NCBI GenBank assembly: GCA_947073495.1
Contig: CAMTMX010000003.1
Coordinates: 9,702-73,701 of the forward strand
Reading direction: 5' to 3'
DNA from: an uncultured Porphyromonadaceae bacterium
GTDB taxonomy: Bacteria > Bacteroidota > Bacteroidia > Bacteroidales > Muribaculaceae
DNA: 64,000 bases
The notes under the pieces were generated by a model that had not been told where the DNA came from, made no database searches, and saw only the letters and a list, made by a program, of their open reading frames with translations. Made by a program: the position numbers and the translations under genes. Of this stretch, positions 18,569 through 27,532 are shown in pieces; the stretch's first letter is position 1; the number at the start of each line of letters is the position of its first letter.

Positions 18569-19024
18569 CTATTTTATAACCTTCCCCATTTTTCTACATT
18601 TGTCACATATTCCATAAATACATGTGGAAACATAGACCGGAGTAAAGTATGGGATCTTCATATCTGCAAGAGATATGTCGACTTCTTCAAGATTGATTTC
18701 ATTGATTTCCCCACATTCCGTACATATCAGATGACAATGCGTCAGACTTGCTCGTTCATAACGGGCCTGATGTGTGTCGAACAACAATCTTCTGATAATT
18801 CCGGAAGAGCAAAGCAATTCTATAGTGCTGTAGATTGTTGCCTTACTTACATGATATCCCTTCTCTTCAAGTGAATGGTAAAGGCAATCAGCATCAAAAT
18901 GTCCTTTATAATCAAGCGCACAATGAAGTATTTCGAAACGTTCAGGAGTTTTCCTAAGACGCCGCGATGTCAAAAATGTAGTGAACATTTCAACTTCTTT
19001 GTGGTGCGGATGCAAATTTTGCAT
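18569..19024 (-). CDS. Fur-family transcriptional regulator (Fur/Zur/PerR type; start uncertain, 19024 or 18988)
   Basis: wHTH region RKTPERFEILHCAL...SKATIYSTIELL plus HLICTECG and CDKC metal-site cysteine pairs. Confidence 0.8.
   Translation of the reverse strand: MQNLHPHHKEVEMFTTFLTSRRLRKTPERFEILHCALDYKGHFDADCLYHSLEEKGYHVSKATIYSTIELLCSSGIIRRLLFDTHQARYERASLTHCHLICTECGEINEINLEEVDISLADMKIPYFTPVYVSTCIYGICDKCRKMGKVIK
19010..19024. promoter_or_regulatory. 7-1-7 perfect palindrome ATGCAAAtTTTGCAT overlapping the candidate fur start (possible autoregulatory box)
   Basis: Read directly. It has the same 7-1-7 geometry as Fur/PerR/Zur boxes and lies just downstream of a minus-strand TAATTTTG -7 box at 19049-19056. 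Confidence 0.35.
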
Positions 19025-19049
19025 ATTTGATATTTTCGGATTTGGACAC

Positions 19050-19091
19050 AAAATTAAAAATATAGGGGCAGAAATGCAAATTTCTGCCCCT
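19050..19091 (-). terminator. Intrinsic terminator after the porin gene
   Basis: aggggcagaaat-gcaa-atttctgcccct (12-bp stem) followed by a T-rich tract on the minus strand. Confidence 0.65.
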
Positions 19092-19141
19092 AAATACCCC
19101 AACATATATAAAAATAACAAGCACTAACCTATTTTTTTGTC

Positions 19142-20503
19142 TTAAAAACTCATCATAACCATTGCAGACAAACGATTTGCACAACCATGAGTGCCATTGA
19201 AATTCATTCGCTTACCTGCGAGGTATTCCATCCCCACCTCAAATCTTGATGTTATATCCCAGAAAAGATTAAACGCTCCATACAATCCATATTTATATTG
19301 ACCGTCCCCGGGATTTTCTTTAGGATAATAACGCTGTTCCGAAAGTGCCACGTCAGCAAACACATTTTTCGTAAAATAGTATTGCGCACCCAATACGTAA
19401 CCGATAGCTTTGGGAGCATAAAGTTTCCCTTTTTCATGTGGGTCTTCCACAAGGTCGAAACTGTCGCTTGCAAGATCTGTGGTATAAGATTCATGACCTT
19501 TGCCGAATGTCACCGTCCCGTAAAAATTGAGCTGAGGAAGTGCTTTGATTGTTGTCGAGAATTGTGCGCCCCAACCAAAAATGTTATAATTTTTGCCGAC
19601 CACAAGATCTCTGTAGGTCAAGACTCTCCCAAGACCGGAAAGACGTACATGACTGGCACCTCCACCCCATTGATATTGTATGAATGCAGCTATGTCCGGA
19701 ACATAATCGCTACATCCCTTTGTATACACCCCATCAGATTTTATTGAACTTGAAGGGAATTCAAACGATCCTGCAACAGTCCATTTTTCTTTAAATGTAT
19801 GGGAATATCTCACAAGAACATTTGTACGGGAATTGCCGCCATTAGGTCCCGATCCATCTATAGTGGCTGGTTTTGCCTGAGTATCTTCAAATGTGGATGT
19901 GGCATAACCCACAGTCCAGTCTCCTGCCGTAAAATAAGCTTTCTTTAATTTAAAATCCTTATAGTTGTTGCCAGAAAAATCCCCCTGAATAAAGCCCATG
20001 AAATTCCCAAGAAAAGAATTTTTTCCTAAAAGAGTCAGAAACAATCCTGTTCCGGCACCGGTTGCAGAAAGCCTCCTCATGGATGTCGGGTCTTTTGGTA
20101 TCGGTATAAAATATGGAGAAAAGCCATTGATAGGAATCGACCCGTTCCAATCAAATGACCCTCTGATCCTTATTAATCCACCGACTCCCAATGCAAGATT
20201 CCCGTTTTTGCTCAAGAACATAAAATATGGTGCACGAGGATCCTGAAAATGCCTGAATTGGTCTATATAAAACATGTTGAGCAACCGGCCTATTGAATCT
20301 TTCGCCATAACTTCATCTCCCATTGTAATGACGTGTGTATCATCAATTGCCGATTTAATTTTTATAGCTTCAGGAGTTAACGCGTCTGTAGGTTCTGCAG
20401 CTGTCTGAGCGTGCGAAAGCAAGGCGCCTCCGGCAATAACTCCTGCCGTCAGCAACCTTGCAACGTTACGTTCTAAAGCAATAGCACAGGATGTTGTTTT
20501 CAT
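19142..20503 (-). CDS. Putative outer-membrane beta-barrel porin
   Basis: Signal peptide ending ...SHAQ, alternating beta-strand-like pattern rich in G/Y/F, C-terminal Phe (MMSF). The family was not recognised. Confidence 0.55.
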   Translation of the reverse strand: MKTTSCAIALERNVARLLTAGVIAGGALLSHAQTAAEPTDALTPEAIKIKSAIDDTHVITMGDEVMAKDSIGRLLNMFYIDQFRHFQDPRAPYFMFLSKNGNLALGVGGLIRIRGSFDWNGSIPINGFSPYFIPIPKDPTSMRRLSATGAGTGLFLTLLGKNSFLGNFMGFIQGDFSGNNYKDFKLKKAYFTAGDWTVGYATSTFEDTQAKPATIDGSGPNGGNSRTNVLVRYSHTFKEKWTVAGSFEFPSSSIKSDGVYTKGCSDYVPDIAAFIQYQWGGGASHVRLSGLGRVLTYRDLVVGKNYNIFGWGAQFSTTIKALPQLNFYGTVTFGKGHESYTTDLASDSFDLVEDPHEKGKLYAPKAIGYVLGAQYYFTKNVFADVALSEQRYYPKENPGDGQYKYGLYGAFNLFWDITSRFEVGMEYLAGKRMNFNGTHGCANRLSAMVMMSF

Positions 20504-20643
20504 AGTGGAATGAATAAAGTGGAATTTTGAATAGTTTTTCTTTATTAACATTCCATCTCATGAAGTTGTTTAACTTTTTTTCTTTTTCAAGATTTAGTCA
20601 GATTTTCATAGGGGATATTCGTATTTTTATCACAAGAAACCAT

Positions 20644-22005
20644 CTACTCGAAAAGATATCTCAACATCTCCTCGACTTTAGACACTTCGACTATCTTAAG
20701 CTTAAATTTGTCTTTTATTCCTTTCAAATTCCCTTTGGGTATCACCACTGCATCAAATCCGAGTTTCTCCACTTCAGCTACCCTCTGTTCAATTCTTGTG
20801 ACTGTCCTTATTTCACCTGACAAACCAACTTCACCTATAAAAGCTGTTTTCCTTGAAACCGACACATCAAAATTGGAAGACATTATAGCTGCAACTACTG
20901 CCATATCAATGGCGGGATCAGCCACTTTCAACCCTCCTGCCATATTAAGGAACACGTCTTTCTGACCCAATTTAAACCTTGCCCTTTTTTCAAGCACTGC
21001 GAGAAGCATATTTAATCTTCTCTGGTCAAAACCAGTGACAGATCTTTGAGGAGTTCCATATGCGGCACTCGAGACCAAAGCCTGAACCTCAACCATGAAT
21101 GGCCTCACCCCTTCTACAGTAACACCTATGGCTATTCCGCTCATCTCCTCTTCCCTATTTTCCGACAGAAGCATCTCTGAGGGATTTTTCACTTCCCTCA
21201 ATCCCTTCTGAACCATTTCATAAATCCCGATTTCAGAAGTAGATCCAAATCGGTTTTTAATTGACCGCAATATTCTATAGAGATACTGGCGGTCTCCCTC
21301 AAATTGTAGAACGGTGTCAACGATATGTTCAAGCACCTTCGGTCCGGCTATGGCGCCGTCCTTATTGATATGACCGACCAATATGACCGGGACTCCGGAT
21401 TCTTTGGCATATCTCAACAATGCAGCAGCACATTCCCTGACCTGGCTAACGCTCCCGGCTGCAGATTCTATCTGTTCGGATGCAATCGTCTGAATAGAAT
21501 CCACAACAACAATCTGAGGCGAGACATTTTCTATTTGTGTGAATATATTGTCAAGCCTCGTTTCGCATAGAATCAATGTGTTGTCCGAAACTTTTCCAAG
21601 CCTGTCGGCTCTAAGTTTCAATTGGCCGGCACTTTCCTCTCCCGATATATAGAGTATTTTCTTGTTTCTTATAGACAAGATATTTTGAAGTAGCAAAGTT
21701 GACTTCCCGATTCCCGGTTCTCCTCCGATCAATGTCAGGCTTCCTGCAACAAGTCCGCCACCCAAAACCCTGTTCAATTCCTCGGAAGGCATATGGATTC
21801 TTGGTTCATCAAGAGCCTCTATTTCAGAAAGCTTCACAGGTTTCTGTGTCTTAACTTTTCCCGGTTTTAAGTCCGTTTTTTTAGATACTGATATCTTTTC
21901 TTCCGCAAAAGTGTTCCATGCACCACACGATGGGCATTTACCCAGCCATTTGGGTGATTCATAGCCACAGGATTGACAGAAATATACGCTTTTAGTCTTT
22001 GCCAT
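20644..22005 (-). CDS. radA: DNA repair protein RadA
   Basis: N-terminal zinc finger CQSCGYESPKWLGKCPSCGAW, Walker A GEPGIGKST, C-terminal Lon-like domain. Confidence 0.95.
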   Translation of the reverse strand: MAKTKSVYFCQSCGYESPKWLGKCPSCGAWNTFAEEKISVSKKTDLKPGKVKTQKPVKLSEIEALDEPRIHMPSEELNRVLGGGLVAGSLTLIGGEPGIGKSTLLLQNILSIRNKKILYISGEESAGQLKLRADRLGKVSDNTLILCETRLDNIFTQIENVSPQIVVVDSIQTIASEQIESAAGSVSQVRECAAALLRYAKESGVPVILVGHINKDGAIAGPKVLEHIVDTVLQFEGDRQYLYRILRSIKNRFGSTSEIGIYEMVQKGLREVKNPSEMLLSENREEEMSGIAIGVTVEGVRPFMVEVQALVSSAAYGTPQRSVTGFDQRRLNMLLAVLEKRARFKLGQKDVFLNMAGGLKVADPAIDMAVVAAIMSSNFDVSVSRKTAFIGEVGLSGEIRTVTRIEQRVAEVEKLGFDAVVIPKGNLKGIKDKFKLKIVEVSKVEEMLRYLFE

Positions 22006-22015
22006 AGAAAAAAGT

Positions 22016-22768
22016 TTAACAGTTTCTGAAGGTTGCCAATGTTATCGCCGTAGCTATCGCCACATTCAAAGATTCGCCATGTGAATTATCTTTATACGGT
22101 GGTATCAACAATGGATGATCTATAAGCCCACGCATCTCATTGGAAATGCCGTTCCCTTCATTTCCCATCACAATTATTCCATTATTTGAAAGTTCAGTTT
22201 TAAACATGTCTACACCGTCAAGCAATGTACCATAGATTGCAACACCCTTGTTTTTTCTTATAACTTCAGGAAGCGACGTGTAATAGACTTTAACTCTTCT
22301 AAGCGAACCCATTGTGGATTGGATTGTCTTGGGATTATATACATCGACTGTATCTTTCGATGCCAAAATGATGTCAACACCAAACCAGTCGGCAGTGCGG
22401 ATGATAGTACCCAGATTTCCGGGATCCTGAATTCCGTCAAGTGCAAGCACAAGTTTATTGGATATGTCGGGCAATGTATCCTCTTCAGGAATTCTGAAGA
22501 TGGCAATCACCTCCGGAGGCGTTGACAGAGACGATATCTTCTTTAATACCTCAGGCGTCGCCTCAAGAAACAATGCTGAAAATTCGGTCACTATATACTT
22601 ATGACTTTCCGCCCATTTTTTTGTTGCGATAAGATTTACAAGTTCAAACGCACCAATCGTATCTGTGACACATTTTTCACCTTCGACAATAAACATGCCA
22701 TGTTTATTTCTGACCTTTTTTGATGATAATGTTGAATAGAAAGCTGCCTTTGTTTTTGATATCTCCAT
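22016..22768 (-). CDS. TrmH/SpoU-family RNA 2-prime-O-methyltransferase
   Basis: SPOUT motifs DGIQDPGNLGTIIRTA, IVMGNEGNGIS, ESLNVAIATAI. Confidence 0.85.
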   Translation of the reverse strand: MEISKTKAAFYSTLSSKKVRNKHGMFIVEGEKCVTDTIGAFELVNLIATKKWAESHKYIVTEFSALFLEATPEVLKKISSLSTPPEVIAIFRIPEEDTLPDISNKLVLALDGIQDPGNLGTIIRTADWFGVDIILASKDTVDVYNPKTIQSTMGSLRRVKVYYTSLPEVIRKNKGVAIYGTLLDGVDMFKTELSNNGIIVMGNEGNGISNEMRGLIDHPLLIPPYKDNSHGESLNVAIATAITLATFRNC

Positions 22769-22865
22769 TGTTTGCTGATTTAGACAGCAAAGTTACATCT
22801 ATTTTTTTGGAAATATGGGGTATTTTCGTTAATTTTGTTCCGTTAACTTGAAATAAATTCTTCAC

Positions 22866-23714
22866 ATGAAATATATTGGTGCTCACGTAAGTGTCGCAGG
22901 TGGAGTGTCAAACGCTCCCGTAAGGGCTCATGCAATTGGGGCTAAGGCTTTTGCCTTGTTCACTGGCAGCAGCAACAGATGGGTCTCTAAAGAAATATCT
23001 GATGATGAGGCTGAAAAATTTAAAGACAATTGTAATCTATATGGTTACACCCCTGCTGTAATTCTTCCACATGATAATTTTTTAATCAATTTAGGTTCTC
23101 CTGACGAAAAGAAGCTCGCAATGTCAAGGAAATCATTCCTTGATGAAATGAATCGGTGCACCCGTCTGGGACTAACAATGCTCAATTTTCATCCCGGTAG
23201 CCATCTCAATGAGATGGAGGAAATCGATTGTCTCAACCGGATTGCTGAATCCATAAATATCACTTTGGGAAAGACCGAAGGAGTGACTGCAGTATTGGAA
23301 AACGTAGCCGGCCAGGGATCAAACCTCGGACACTCTTTTGAACAACTTGCGCAAATCATTGACAAAGTTGAAGACAAATCACGTGTCGGAGTTTGTATTG
23401 ATACATGTCATGCCTATTCTGCAGGTTACGATCTCGGCACTGAAGAGGGTTATGAAAACACCTGGAATCAATTTGACAGCATCATTGGAAGAAATTATCT
23501 AAAGGGGATGCATCTCAATGACGACAAAAGGGAACTTGGCTCGAGAATAGACCGGCATGCAAGCATAGGACAAGGCACCCTCGGGAACCAATTCTTCACC
23601 CGATTGGTGAATGATCCCCGTCTAAACGGGATTCCCATGATTCTTGAAACGCCCGATGAAGAGATATGGGCGCAAGAGATTGCCTGGCTTTACGGACAAA
23701 TCAAAGCTGAATAA
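22866..23714 (+). CDS. nfo: Deoxyribonuclease IV (endonuclease IV)
   Basis: MKYIGAHVS start, NFHPGSH, VLENVAGQG, HLNDD and ILETP motifs. Confidence 0.93.
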   Translation: MKYIGAHVSVAGGVSNAPVRAHAIGAKAFALFTGSSNRWVSKEISDDEAEKFKDNCNLYGYTPAVILPHDNFLINLGSPDEKKLAMSRKSFLDEMNRCTRLGLTMLNFHPGSHLNEMEEIDCLNRIAESINITLGKTEGVTAVLENVAGQGSNLGHSFEQLAQIIDKVEDKSRVGVCIDTCHAYSAGYDLGTEEGYENTWNQFDSIIGRNYLKGMHLNDDKRELGSRIDRHASIGQGTLGNQFFTRLVNDPRLNGIPMILETPDEEIWAQEIAWLYGQIKAE

Positions 23715-23736
23715 TAAACAAATAAATAGTACCTAA

Positions 23737-25563
23737 ATGAAAACTAAACCGGATTTAAGCTTCTGGAAGCTTTGGAACCTCAGTTTCGGGTTCTTTGGAG
23801 TCCAGATTGCTTATGCACTGCAAAGTGCCAATGTGTCCCGAATATTCACGACCATAGGGGCAGACCCTCACGATTTGAGTTATTTCTGGATTCTTCCACC
23901 CTTGATGGGCTTACTTGTGCAACCGATTGTCGGCATGATGAGCGACCGCACATGGAACCGTTTCGGCAGACGTCTCCCCTATCTGATTTTCGGCGCAACA
24001 ATCGCAGAGATTGTAATGTGCTTGCTCCCTAACGCCGGCAGCTTCCAGTTCACAGTGGCAAGTGCGATCCTTTTCGGACTGATAGCTTTGATGTTGCTCG
24101 ATACATCTATAAACATGGCTATGCAGCCTTTCAAGATGCTTGTGGGGGATATGGTCAACGAGAAACAGAAAGGTCTCGCTTACTCGATCCAGAGCTTCCT
24201 TTGCAATGCCGGTTCAGTTGTGGGCTACATATTCCCGATTTGCCTTGGCTGGATAGGAATGCGCAACACGGCTCCATCCGGGGTTGTGCCTCCTACAGTT
24301 ATCTGGTCATTCTATATTGGGGCAGCTATATTGTTGATATGCGTCATTTATTCTCTTGTTAAAATTAAGGAATGGCCCCCTCATGTCTACAATGAATATA
24401 ATGGTGGCGACGAAGCCCCTGCCAAAGGTTCGAACCCTGGCGTAGTAAAACTTCTCAAGAATGCACCTGCAACCTTTTGGACAGTGGGTCTCGTACAGTT
24501 TTTCTGCTGGTTCGCGTTTCTCTTCTTGTGGACTTACGCAACAAACACTGTGGCATTCAAAGCGTTTGACACCCCGACTACACAGAGTGTCGTAGGCATA
24601 AAGGATGGGGACAAACTCTATGAAGCAAAAAATCTCCTCATCGGTGATTCTGTCCTTATCGTGAGCCACGGACATGCACTGGCAGAGGGGGTCAAGGCTG
24701 GAGGCGTATTCTATCCCGCATCACAGATTGTCATCAACGGAAACGACACGATAGTGAACGGGCATCAAATTTTGAATAATGAAAACGGCGAGGCAAAAGC
24801 TGCCTACGGAAGAGTTATCAGCGATGTTAATTCTCTTTCTGTCGACGGACAGTCTGTGGCAGACTGCAGCAACGTTGAGCTTGTTGATTATCTTTCCAGA
24901 CTTCAGGGACCGATAAAACTTACCGAAGCTGCAATCGTTGCACATGGCGCCGACGGATCCCTTTCAATTGAAGACGCCTCTTCTCACGAAATTTCAAATG
25001 CTGCCAACTGCAGCTATGAGACTAAGACTGTCTTGAATTCCGCCACCCCGCAATATAATGATGCAGGCAACTGGGTTGGTCTCCTTTATGCAATTCAGGC
25101 TTTGGGGTCTGTGGTCTGGGCTGTTATCCTTCCAAAATTCAGAAGCCGTAAGTTCTCTTATTCCCTCAGTCTTGTCCTTGCAGGTGTCGGTTTCATCATG
25201 ATGTCGTTCCTGACAAACCAGTACCTCTTGTTTATTGCATTCTTATTGATTGGATGTGGGTGGGCAGCAATGCTTGCTTGGCCGTTTACCATCCTTACCA
25301 ACTCTCTCAAGAGTGGAAATATCGGTGCTTATCTCGGTCTCTTCAACTGCACGATATGTATTCCTCAGATCGTTGCCGCTCTTGCCGGTGGATGGATTCT
25401 CACATTGCTTAGCAAACCGGGAGAACTTGCTCCGGAATACATGATGATGATGATTGCAGGAATTTCAATTATCATCGGTTCGGTCTGCGTGTTCTTCATC
25501 AAGGAAAACAAATCATCGGAAACAGCTCCGGTTGAAACCCCTCTTGAAAGCGAGAATATCTGA
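23737..25563 (+). CDS. SLC45/GPH-like MFS sugar transporter with a roughly 170-aa insertion between TM7 and TM8
   Basis: N-terminus LWNLSFGFFGVQIAYALQ...GMMSDRTWNRFGRRLPY is typical of SLC45-like MFS; 12 TM segments are recognisable; a hydrophilic block is encoded at about 24565-25065. Confidence 0.8.
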   Translation: MKTKPDLSFWKLWNLSFGFFGVQIAYALQSANVSRIFTTIGADPHDLSYFWILPPLMGLLVQPIVGMMSDRTWNRFGRRLPYLIFGATIAEIVMCLLPNAGSFQFTVASAILFGLIALMLLDTSINMAMQPFKMLVGDMVNEKQKGLAYSIQSFLCNAGSVVGYIFPICLGWIGMRNTAPSGVVPPTVIWSFYIGAAILLICVIYSLVKIKEWPPHVYNEYNGGDEAPAKGSNPGVVKLLKNAPATFWTVGLVQFFCWFAFLFLWTYATNTVAFKAFDTPTTQSVVGIKDGDKLYEAKNLLIGDSVLIVSHGHALAEGVKAGGVFYPASQIVINGNDTIVNGHQILNNENGEAKAAYGRVISDVNSLSVDGQSVADCSNVELVDYLSRLQGPIKLTEAAIVAHGADGSLSIEDASSHEISNAANCSYETKTVLNSATPQYNDAGNWVGLLYAIQALGSVVWAVILPKFRSRKFSYSLSLVLAGVGFIMMSFLTNQYLLFIAFLLIGCGWAAMLAWPFTILTNSLKSGNIGAYLGLFNCTICIPQIVAALAGGWILTLLSKPGELAPEYMMMMIAGISIIIGSVCVFFIKENKSSETAPVETPLESENI

Positions 25564-25592
25564 TACGCAAATACCCCAAATAATACTTAAAC

Positions 25593-25631
25593 AAAAGAGA
25601 TGCATTCTGCTTAGGATGCATCTCTTTTGTT
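25593..25631 (+). terminator. Intrinsic terminator of the MFS gene
   Basis: agagatgcat ... atgcatctct stem followed by tttt. Confidence 0.7.
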
Positions 25632-25658
25632 TATAATAATCCTGAAATTTGGTAAAGG

Positions 25659-25718
25659 ATTGAGTGTGGTGCGAACCAAGTGAGCAAATCAGTCAACCAA
25701 AGACCATCAACCGGCAAA
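25659..25718 (+). repeat. Dispersed intergenic motif, copy M3, with the ccaaagacc tail module
   Basis: attgagtgtggtgcgaaccaagtgagcaaatcagtcaaccaaagaccatcaaccggcaaa. Confidence 0.75.
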
Positions 25719-25725
25719 TAAAATA

Positions 25726-26106
25726 TTATCGCAGCAGGGGCGATACAAAAGCATCTTCGAATACCTCTACGGAATAGTCATCAAAATCTCCCGTCAATGT
25801 AAAGATGTCATATCTATATTCAAAATCCCCCTGTAAAGACTTCAGATAAGCGTCGGCACCTCGTGCCATACTTTTCATTTTATCCATTGTCACGGCATCA
25901 GCCGCCGACATGTCTCTCCCGCTCCGTGCCTTCACCTCTACAAACACTATAATATTACCGGTCTGGGCTATAATATCGATCTCTATGCGATGATGCCTCC
26001 AGTTCCTCTCCTTGATAGCGTAACCTTTTGAAATATAAAACTCCGCAGCCTTGTCTTCAGCAAATTTGCCGAATGCAAGGTCGCGGAGTTTGTTTTCTTT
26101 CTTCAT
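25726..26106 (-). CDS. YraN-family (UPF0102) endonuclease-like protein
   Basis: Size and the EIDIIA...VFVEVKAR motif typical of YraN. Confidence 0.85.
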   Translation of the reverse strand: MKKENKLRDLAFGKFAEDKAAEFYISKGYAIKERNWRHHRIEIDIIAQTGNIIVFVEVKARSGRDMSAADAVTMDKMKSMARGADAYLKSLQGDFEYRYDIFTLTGDFDDYSVEVFEDAFVSPLLR

Positions 26107-26127
26107 TGAGGAGTGTATTGATAAAAA

Positions 26128-26976
26128 TTAGAATGCCTTAAACGACATGTCAAGACCTTTTACACTGTGGGTAAGCGCACCTACAGAAATAAAATCCACA
26201 CCGGCTTCTCCATATTGACGCAGATTCTTGATGGTTATACCACCCGACGATTCTGTTTCCATTGTTCCGTTGACAAGCGCTACAGCCTCTTTTGTAAGTT
26301 CAGGAGTGAAGTTGTCAAACATGATCCTGTCTACACCGCCTATTGCCATAACCCTGCGGATATCGTCAAGGGAACGCACCTCAACCTCAATTTTGAGATC
26401 TTTGCCATGCTCCTTGCAATATTCTCTTGCACGTTCGATAGCTTTCTCTATACCTCCGGCGAAATCGATATGATTGTCTTTTATGAGGATCATATCAAAA
26501 AGACCGATACGATGATTGGTGCCACCACCTATCTTCACAGCCTCTTTCTCCATGATTCGCATCCCTGGAGTGGTCTTGCGGGTATCAAGCACCTTCGTGT
26601 GCAGACCTTCCAATTCATCCTGATACTTGCGTGTCATTGTTGCGACACCGCTCATGCGCTGCATGATATTAAGCATCGTCCTTTCAGCAATAAGAAGAGA
26701 ACGCACGGGGCCTTCGGCAGTGAAAGCGATGTCTCCCGGTTTCACTCTCGCTCCGTCTTCAATCATGACATTCATCTTGATAGAAGGATCCACTTTATGA
26801 AGCACCTTTTCAGCCTCCTTTACTCCGGCAAGCACACCTTCCTCTTTAATGATCAGGCGAGATCGTCCCATGGCGTCTGCCGGTATGGTTGATAAAGTTG
26901 TATGATCACCGTCGCCGATATCCTCTGCAAATGCGAGGTCGAGCAATTGATTGATAAGTTCCTCTTTTGTTTCCAT
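26128..26976 (-). CDS. nadC: Nicotinate-nucleotide diphosphorylase (quinolinate phosphoribosyltransferase)
   Basis: DTRKTTPG, IKDNHI and SSGGIT motifs. The start is set at METKEEL (26976) because the longer ORF overlaps rlmH and its promoter. Confidence 0.9.
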   Translation of the reverse strand: METKEELINQLLDLAFAEDIGDGDHTTLSTIPADAMGRSRLIIKEEGVLAGVKEAEKVLHKVDPSIKMNVMIEDGARVKPGDIAFTAEGPVRSLLIAERTMLNIMQRMSGVATMTRKYQDELEGLHTKVLDTRKTTPGMRIMEKEAVKIGGGTNHRIGLFDMILIKDNHIDFAGGIEKAIERAREYCKEHGKDLKIEVEVRSLDDIRRVMAIGGVDRIMFDNFTPELTKEAVALVNGTMETESSGGITIKNLRQYGEAGVDFISVGALTHSVKGLDMSFKAF

Positions 26977-26989
26977 TGTTGTTTTTTCG

Positions 26990-26997
26990 TAATTTTG
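26990..26997 (+). promoter_or_regulatory. Bacteroides-type -7 box TAATTTTG upstream of rlmH
   Basis: TAnnTTTG match 20 nt upstream of the ATG at 27017. Confidence 0.45.
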
Positions 26998-27016
26998 CAC
27001 AAAGTTAAGAAAATTT

Positions 27017-27490
27017 ATGGAAATAGTACTTTTGACAGTGGGGAAAACCACACAATCATACGTGCAAGCAGGTATTGATGAGTTCACCAAACGACTCAAA
27101 CGCTATATACCCTACAAAATCGAATGTCTGCCCGACATAAAAGGCACTAAATCCATGACTCCGGAAATGCAAAAAGAAAAGGAAGGGGAAATGATATTAA
27201 ACAGTCTGACTTCAGCTGACCAATGTATTCTTCTGGATGAGCATGGAACACAGTTCACATCCGTGGAATTTGCCGGACAAATGCAGAAGCTAATGGCTTC
27301 CGGAAGAAAGCGCGGGGTATTCGTCGTGGGCGGACCATACGGATTTTCAAAAGATGTCTACAAAAGAGCGGACTCTAAAATATCGCTGTCAAAAATGACA
27401 TTTACTCACGAGATGATAAGGCTTTTCTTCACTGAGCAAGTCTATCGGGCGATGACCATATTAAAAGGGGAGCCTTACCATCATGAGTAA
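27017..27490 (+). CDS. rlmH: 23S rRNA (pseudouridine1915-N3)-methyltransferase RlmH
   Basis: 157-aa SPOUT protein; LLDEHG, VVGGPYGF and THEMIRL motifs. Confidence 0.92.
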   Translation: MEIVLLTVGKTTQSYVQAGIDEFTKRLKRYIPYKIECLPDIKGTKSMTPEMQKEKEGEMILNSLTSADQCILLDEHGTQFTSVEFAGQMQKLMASGRKRGVFVVGGPYGFSKDVYKRADSKISLSKMTFTHEMIRLFFTEQVYRAMTILKGEPYHHE

Positions 27491-27506
27491 AACTCCCCTC
27501 TAATCC

Positions 27507-27531
27507 TCAACGTTCGCTTCTTGAACGTTGA
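27507..27531. terminator. Hairpin of the TCAAC-TTCGC family between convergent genes
   Basis: tcaacgttc-gcttctt-gaacgttga followed by attaat; same flanks (cctcaac...gttgaatta) as the E1/E2 terminal palindromes. Confidence 0.5.
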
Positions 27532-27532
27532 A

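Noticed and set aside
19025-19120. 183-aa long form of the Fur-family ORF
   Set aside because: The extra 32 residues are hydrophobic nonsense running through the porin terminator and the promoter. An internal Met (19024 or 18988) fits the family length.
26977-27099. 41-codon N-terminal extension of nadC
   Set aside because: It would overlap the divergent rlmH start and its -7 box, and the extension has no NadC-like sequence. METKEEL at 26976 is the plausible start.
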